From Campylobacterota bacterium (GTDB lineage Bacteria; Campylobacterota; Campylobacteria; Campylobacterales; Sulfurovaceae), in assembly GCA_034722955.1 (NCBI GenBank), contig JAYEOM010000083.1:1-12155 (forward strand): DNA of 12,155 bases. The letters run 5' to 3'. Made by a program: the position numbers and the translations under genes. This document shows positions 8,398 through 12,155 of this stretch, piece by piece (position 1 is the stretch's first letter; each line of letters starts with the position of its first letter). Under the pieces are notes generated by a model. That model had not been told where the DNA came from. It searched no databases and saw only the letters and a program-made list of their open reading frames with translations.

Positions 8398-9386
8398 TTG
8401 AATTTGTATATATTTGGGCTTTTGTTCTGCTTTTTGTGCCTCTAGCTATCATCAACTCACCGCTTCGCTACTATAGTTCACGCAGTGCCTTGCGAGTGAG
8501 TTTCATAGATGATATACGCCAAGCCAAAGGGGGACAAGAGTACAGCGAAGGGGTCTCTCGTGCGACACAAGTACAGAAGCTCCTTCTAGGCTTGGTCTGG
8601 GTACTGCTCATCGTAGCAGTAGCCAAACCACAATATATAGGTGAACCCATCATCAAAGAGGAGTCCCAAAGAGAGATACTAGTAGCCGTTGACCTCTCTG
8701 GCTCTATGTCTACGCAGGATTTCAAAGGTGAAGATGGCAAAAACATCGACCGCTTAGAGGCAGTGAAGCTGGTGCTGGCAGACTTTTTTGAGAAACGAAA
8801 AGGCGAAAAGATAGGACTTGTACTCTTTGGTTCGGCTGCTTTTGTGCAAGCACCTTTCACTCAAGATTTGGATGCTTTGCAGACGCTTCTTGATGGCTTG
8901 CAGGTGGGGATGGCTGGGCCACAGACTATGCTAGGGGATGGCATAGCACTAGGTGTCAAGATGTTCCGTGAAAACAATGTCACAGATAGGATGATGATAG
9001 TGATGAGTGATGGGGATGACACAGGATCCAAAGTACCACCCAAGACAGCTGCCAAACTCGCCAAAGATAATAGTGTCAACATCTACACCATAGCCGTAGG
9101 AGACCCCAAAAATGCAGGAGAGCATCCACTCGATACGCAGACACTCAAAAGCATATCCAAGGATACAGGTGGGCAGTTCTACTACGCACTCGACCGCAAA
9201 GAGCTGGTAAAAATATATGATGAGATAGAGAAGCTCACACCCAAAGAGGTCAAACAACTCACCCATAGACCCACAAGCGAACTCTATATCTATCCGCTAG
9301 CTCTAGGGCTACTCTTGTCGTTTGGCTATGCTCTATGGCTCTGGAGTGTACAATCACGACGCATCAAAAAGGAAAATCTATCATGA
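8394..9386 (+). CDS. batA: BatA-like VWA domain membrane protein
   Basis: N-terminal TM segments, intact MIDAS AVDLSGSMS, GLVLFGSAAFVQAPFTQD, TMLGDGIAL, MSDGDDT, C-terminal TM. Confidence 0.88.
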   Translation: MIEFVYIWAFVLLFVPLAIINSPLRYYSSRSALRVSFIDDIRQAKGGQEYSEGVSRATQVQKLLLGLVWVLLIVAVAKPQYIGEPIIKEESQREILVAVDLSGSMSTQDFKGEDGKNIDRLEAVKLVLADFFEKRKGEKIGLVLFGSAAFVQAPFTQDLDALQTLLDGLQVGMAGPQTMLGDGIALGVKMFRENNVTDRMMIVMSDGDDTGSKVPPKTAAKLAKDNSVNIYTIAVGDPKNAGEHPLDTQTLKSISKDTGGQFYYALDRKELVKIYDEIEKLTPKEVKQLTHRPTSELYIYPLALGLLLSFGYALWLWSVQSRRIKKENLS

Positions 9387-10324
9387 ATAGTCTATTAGAG
9401 AGTTGGGAGACATTTCACTTCTTGCGTCCATTGGTTCTGCTCTTGCTTCTTCCTGCATGGGCTTTTGTCTACTGGCTACTTCATCAACAAAACGATAGAA
9501 GAAGATGGAAAAAACTGGTCAATCCAAAACTCCTAGAGCATCTACTCCTCACACCTCAGCAAAACCATTCCAAGATAGAAGCACCTTGGTTTTTGGGTCT
9601 GCTCTGGACGCTGATGATAGTAGCTCTCAGTGGTCCTAGCTGGCAGCTCAAACCAGAGCCTTTTGCCAAAGACAAAGCAGAGGTGGTCTTCCTCATCAAA
9701 GTATCTCCTAGTATGATGACCTCTGACCTCACCCCATCGAGGCTAGAGCGAGCTAGGTTCAAGATGAAAGATTTTCTAGCACTTCGCTCTGATACCAAAG
9801 CGGCACTCATAGCCTATAGTGGTAGTTCACACCTCGTACTACCACTCACTGCTGACCACAATATCCTCACACTCTTTGCCAACTCTCTTGACCCAGAGAT
9901 TATGCCCAAAGAGGGTGATGACTTAGGTAAAGCTCTGACAATAGCATCTAAGCAGTTCACTACTACAGGTGGTACTATCATAGTATTGACGGATTCCAGT
10001 GAACCTGCCATAGTTAAAGATATGAAGAGACTAGAGTTCTCTCCTCAGATACTCTTTTTAGCGGTGGCTTCTAAGGAGCTACTCAATCTACAGCAGATGC
10101 AAAAGAGTGCAAATATCCTCAATGCCAATATCCAAGAGATTACTATAGATGATAGTGATATAGAGCAGCTCAACGCGTGGACAGAGAGATCATTTGAGAC
10201 CCCTCAAGGCTTGGAGAGTAGTCACTATAAGGATGGTGGATATCTGCTCTTGCCTCTTATCTTGCTTCTGCTACTTTTTTGGTTTAGACGAGGGTTTATA
10301 GCCGAAGTTTGGAGGGTCTCATGA
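9383..10324 (+). CDS. batB: BatB-like VWA domain membrane protein (degenerate MIDAS)
   Basis: FHFLRP, ALSGPSW, DLTPSRLERARFK, LIAYSGSSHLVLPLTAD, LTD, WFRRG. Start set at ATG 9383, overlapping the batA stop. Confidence 0.82.
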   Translation: MNSLLESWETFHFLRPLVLLLLLPAWAFVYWLLHQQNDRRRWKKLVNPKLLEHLLLTPQQNHSKIEAPWFLGLLWTLMIVALSGPSWQLKPEPFAKDKAEVVFLIKVSPSMMTSDLTPSRLERARFKMKDFLALRSDTKAALIAYSGSSHLVLPLTADHNILTLFANSLDPEIMPKEGDDLGKALTIASKQFTTTGGTIIVLTDSSEPAIVKDMKRLEFSPQILFLAVASKELLNLQQMQKSANILNANIQEITIDDSDIEQLNAWTERSFETPQGLESSHYKDGGYLLLPLILLLLLFWFRRGFIAEVWRVS

Positions 10325-11064
10325 AGAGTATAAAAACGATGATAGGCATATTGCTAAACTTATCGGAAACGATGGCTTTAGCCTCGTCTAAGGGTGGAGC
10401 TAAAGCACCACTTCCAAGTTTTTGGAGAAATCCAATAGAGGAAAAACCCACGATAGTGCCTCTCTATGTGGTGAGTGTAGCTATTGTATTATGGCTACTC
10501 TTTGGCTTTCGAGGAAGTTTCATAGAGCTATGGGTCACAAACGACCAGAGAGGCTACTACCACTACAAAAACCAAGAGTACAGCAGTGCCGCCAAAGCAT
10601 TCGATGACGCACTCTACAAAGCAGCCTCACTCTACAAAGCAGGAGAGTTCAAAAAATCCCAAGCCATCTACGCCACCTTCAGTAGCCCCCAAGCCAAGTA
10701 CAATCTAGGCAATAGCCTTTTGATGCAAGGAGAGTACGAAGAGGCTATCAAAGCGTACGATATAGCCCTACAGATGCAACCTGACTTCAAAGAGGCTCAA
10801 AGCAACAAAGCATTGGCAATCGCTAGAAAAGAACTCAAAGATGTAGAGAATGATGGCAAGCAGGGAGTAGGTGCCTTGGGAGCTGATGAGATAGTCTATG
10901 ACAACAGCGAAAACAAAGGCGAAGAGCAGACCCAAGAGGAGTCAACCCAAACCCAACAACAAAACAACACCAACTGGCTAGACCGCATCCAAACCAGCCC
11001 AAAAGACTTTTTGAAACATAAGTTTTCTTATCAGTATGGGATGGGTGGGGAGGAGTCGGAGTAG
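10321..11064 (+). CDS. BatC-like TPR protein
   Basis: TM segment then LWVTNDQRG, TPR YNLGNSLLMQGEYEEAIKAYDIAL, LGADEIVYD, Q/E-rich linker, WLDRIQTSPKDFLKHKF. ATG 10321 overlaps the batB stop; alternative GTG start at 10456. Confidence 0.82.
   Translation: MKSIKTMIGILLNLSETMALASSKGGAKAPLPSFWRNPIEEKPTIVPLYVVSVAIVLWLLFGFRGSFIELWVTNDQRGYYHYKNQEYSSAAKAFDDALYKAASLYKAGEFKKSQAIYATFSSPQAKYNLGNSLLMQGEYEEAIKAYDIALQMQPDFKEAQSNKALAIARKELKDVENDGKQGVGALGADEIVYDNSENKGEEQTQEESTQTQQQNNTNWLDRIQTSPKDFLKHKFSYQYGMGGEESE
10356..10421. repeat. REP-like doublet of a second family (TTTA-loop hairpins) within the batC ORF 5' region
   Basis: Left arm GGAA-ACGA(T)GGC-TTTA-GCCTCGT; right arm on - strand GGAA-GTGGTGC-TTTA-GCTCCAC; core GCTTTAGC(10375-10382)/GCTAAAGC(10399-10406); outer AAACTT/AAGTTT. 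Confidence 0.6.
11000..11056 (+). repeat. 57-bp direct repeat, copy 1 (3' end of batC)
   Basis: 55/57 identical to 11719-11775. Confidence 0.95.
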
Positions 11065-11087
11065 CTATGATGCTTTATCAATATTTA

Positions 11088-11128
11088 ATATACAAACACA
11101 TATAATAGTATATATTGCAACAAAGGAG
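11088..11128 (+). promoter_or_regulatory. Putative TA promoter/operator and RBS
   Basis: TATAAT 11101-11106 flanked by ATATAC(11088-11093)/GTATAT(11108-11113); AAGGAG 11123-11128. Confidence 0.45.
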
Positions 11129-11133
11129 TAAAT

Positions 11134-11364
11134 ATGGCACAAGTAACTATCAATATTGACCCTACTTTAGAGACTCAAATTAAAGATATGGCTGATTCAT
11201 TAAATTTGTCAATCAGTAAATATATATCGAGTGTCTTAGAAGAAAAAGTCAACAGTAAATGGAATCCTAATATCAAACAACTCTCTGGAAGTTGGAGCAG
11301 TTTCCCAACGATAGATGAGATCAGAGAGAACAAAGCCGAAGATATTAAAAGAGAAGAGTTTTAA
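11134..11364 (+). CDS. CopG/RHH-type antitoxin (VapB-like)
   Basis: 76 aa; strand QVTINID followed by two helices (LSISKYISSVLEEK); LSGSW and acidic tail; directly upstream of a PIN gene. Confidence 0.78.
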   Translation: MAQVTINIDPTLETQIKDMADSLNLSISKYISSVLEEKVNSKWNPNIKQLSGSWSSFPTIDEIRENKAEDIKREEF

Positions 11365-11365
11365 T

Positions 11366-11605
11366 ATGTATTTACTAGAGCAATTAAATCAACTATTACA
11401 GCAAGTGAATATATTAGATTTTACTCAAAAAGAAGCTAAAGAATCAGCTCAAATTAGAGCGAGTCTTGAAAAAATTGGACGATCTATAGGTCCAATGGAT
11501 ATACTAATAGCAGGCTGTGCAAGAGCAAATAATCACACTTTGGTAACTCGTAACCTCAAAGAGTTTGAGAGAGTGGATAGTTTGAAGTTAGCAAATTGGT
11601 ATTAA
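11366..11605 (+). pseudogene. vapC: VapC (PIN) toxin with in-frame internal deletion
   Basis: 79 aa from ATG 11366. C-terminal PIN motifs IGPMDILIAG and LVTRNLKEFERV...NW are present, but MYLL joins directly to EQLNQLL, so the DTN motif and following helices are missing. Confidence 0.8.
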
Positions 11606-11607
11606 AT

Positions 11608-11691
11608 TACATTTATGGCGGAAGTGAATCAAAAAATAAGACAGTCGCAAAGATCTTCAAAGAGCTAGAATTCATATAGTAATTGGCTCGG
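11608..11691 (+). pseudogene. Decayed fragment resembling the HATPase_c_4 (RecG C-terminal-like) domain of AlbA_2/Schlafen-type proteins
   Basis: Translates YIYGGSESKNKTVAKIFKELEFI** then TTGGCTCGG; resembles the family motif S..RN..IA.xFKEL..IE..GSG with stops at the E/Q codons and a frameshift. Confidence 0.5.
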
Positions 11692-11718
11692 AAAACCGTC
11701 GGGTGCTCTCGGATACAA

Positions 11719-11775
11719 CAAAAGATTTTTTGAAACATAAGTTTGCTTATCAGTATGGGATGGGTGGGGAGGAGT
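11719..11775 (+). repeat. 57-bp direct repeat, copy 2 (orphan batC 3' end)
   Basis: Encodes KDFLKHKFAYQYGMGGEE with TAG at 11775-11777; 55/57 identical to copy 1. Confidence 0.95.
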
Positions 11776-11785
11776 AGATGGAATG

Positions 11786-11815
11786 CTTGACACTTGTCAA
11801 GAATAATACTAAAAT
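11786..11815 (+). promoter_or_regulatory. Near-consensus sigma70 promoter with a palindromic operator on the -35
   Basis: TTGACA 11787-11792, 17-bp spacer, TAAAAT 11810-11815; CTTGACA-CT-TGTCAAG palindrome 11786-11801. Confidence 0.65.
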
Positions 11816-11962
11816 AACACTAAAGAGTTTGGGAGGGTGGGTTTCCCCTCTATTTTTATCTAACAATTGGAGTTTTGTATCATGCTCAACTCGCCATAAG
11901 TTTGGATTAAATGGAGTAACTGTGTATAAAAAATTACTGTAACAGAATGAATATGGAGTAGA

Positions 11963-12155
11963 ATGAGAAATATTTTGATAGTTTTTTTGATAGTTTCTAT
12001 TTCACTTGTAGCAGAAACAACATCAGATATAAAACACGATAGTCACAAATTAGAAAATTTCAAGAAAAGGTATCCATATATTGCCATTTTGACTACTACA
12101 AATAAGGATATGTTGAATTTTTTCTCCAATAGATATAGAGTAGAAAAGAAGATCA
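11963..12155 (+). CDS. Hypothetical exported protein, 3'-truncated by the window end
   Basis: GGAG 11955-11958, ATG 11963, signal-like MRNILIVFLIVSISLVA-ETT; frame open to the end of the window. Confidence 0.6.
   Translation, partial: MRNILIVFLIVSISLVAETTSDIKHDSHKLENFKKRYPYIAILTTTNKDMLNFFSNRYRVEKKI

Noticed and set aside
965..10011. Numerous minus-strand and alternative-frame ORFs of 60-130 aa
   Set aside because: All are shadows of well-supported + strand genes, with no recognisable motifs.
10261..10540. Resemblance of the BatB end (LFWFRRGFIAEVW) to the BatC segment (LFGFRGSFIELW), and possible split of a fused gene
   Set aside because: Low nucleotide identity in hydrophobic sequence; the clean ATGA coupling fits two native genes rather than a frameshift.
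11315..11365. Longer vapC start from the ORF track
   Set aside because: It overlaps the antitoxin and adds no PIN motif; ATG 11366 gives the typical MYLL start.
11778..11942. 54-aa ORF MECLTLVKNN... after repeat copy 2
   Set aside because: It runs through the promoter and hairpin and resembles no family I know; likely spurious, though the ATG could be a vestigial junction start.

Overview
AT-rich bacterial window, probably Campylobacterota (Sulfurovum/Sulfurimonas-like; an impression, not tested). All real genes are on the + strand. The backbone is a sulfatase-associated cluster: arylsulfatase (5'-truncated), a secreted HAD hydrolase, and a MoxR-DUF58-DUF4381-BatA-BatB-BatC(TPR) operon. Three unrelated defence/addiction cassettes interrupt it at gene junctions. 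(1) An Eco47II/Sau96I-like type II R-M pair whose endonuclease stop overlaps the moxR start. (2) An ABC/AAA_21 ATPase plus DUF4276-like (TOPRIM-type) pair between DUF4381 and batA, bracketed by a 12-bp direct repeat. (3) An RHH antitoxin plus internally deleted vapC and a decayed gene remnant, bracketed by a 57-bp duplication of the batC 3' end. No integrase or transposase is visible. Two GTAG-type REP doublets (REPINs) lie between genes, and a doublet of a second REP-like family lies in frame within the 5' part of the batC ORF. Family assignments come from motif recognition by eye, not database searches.
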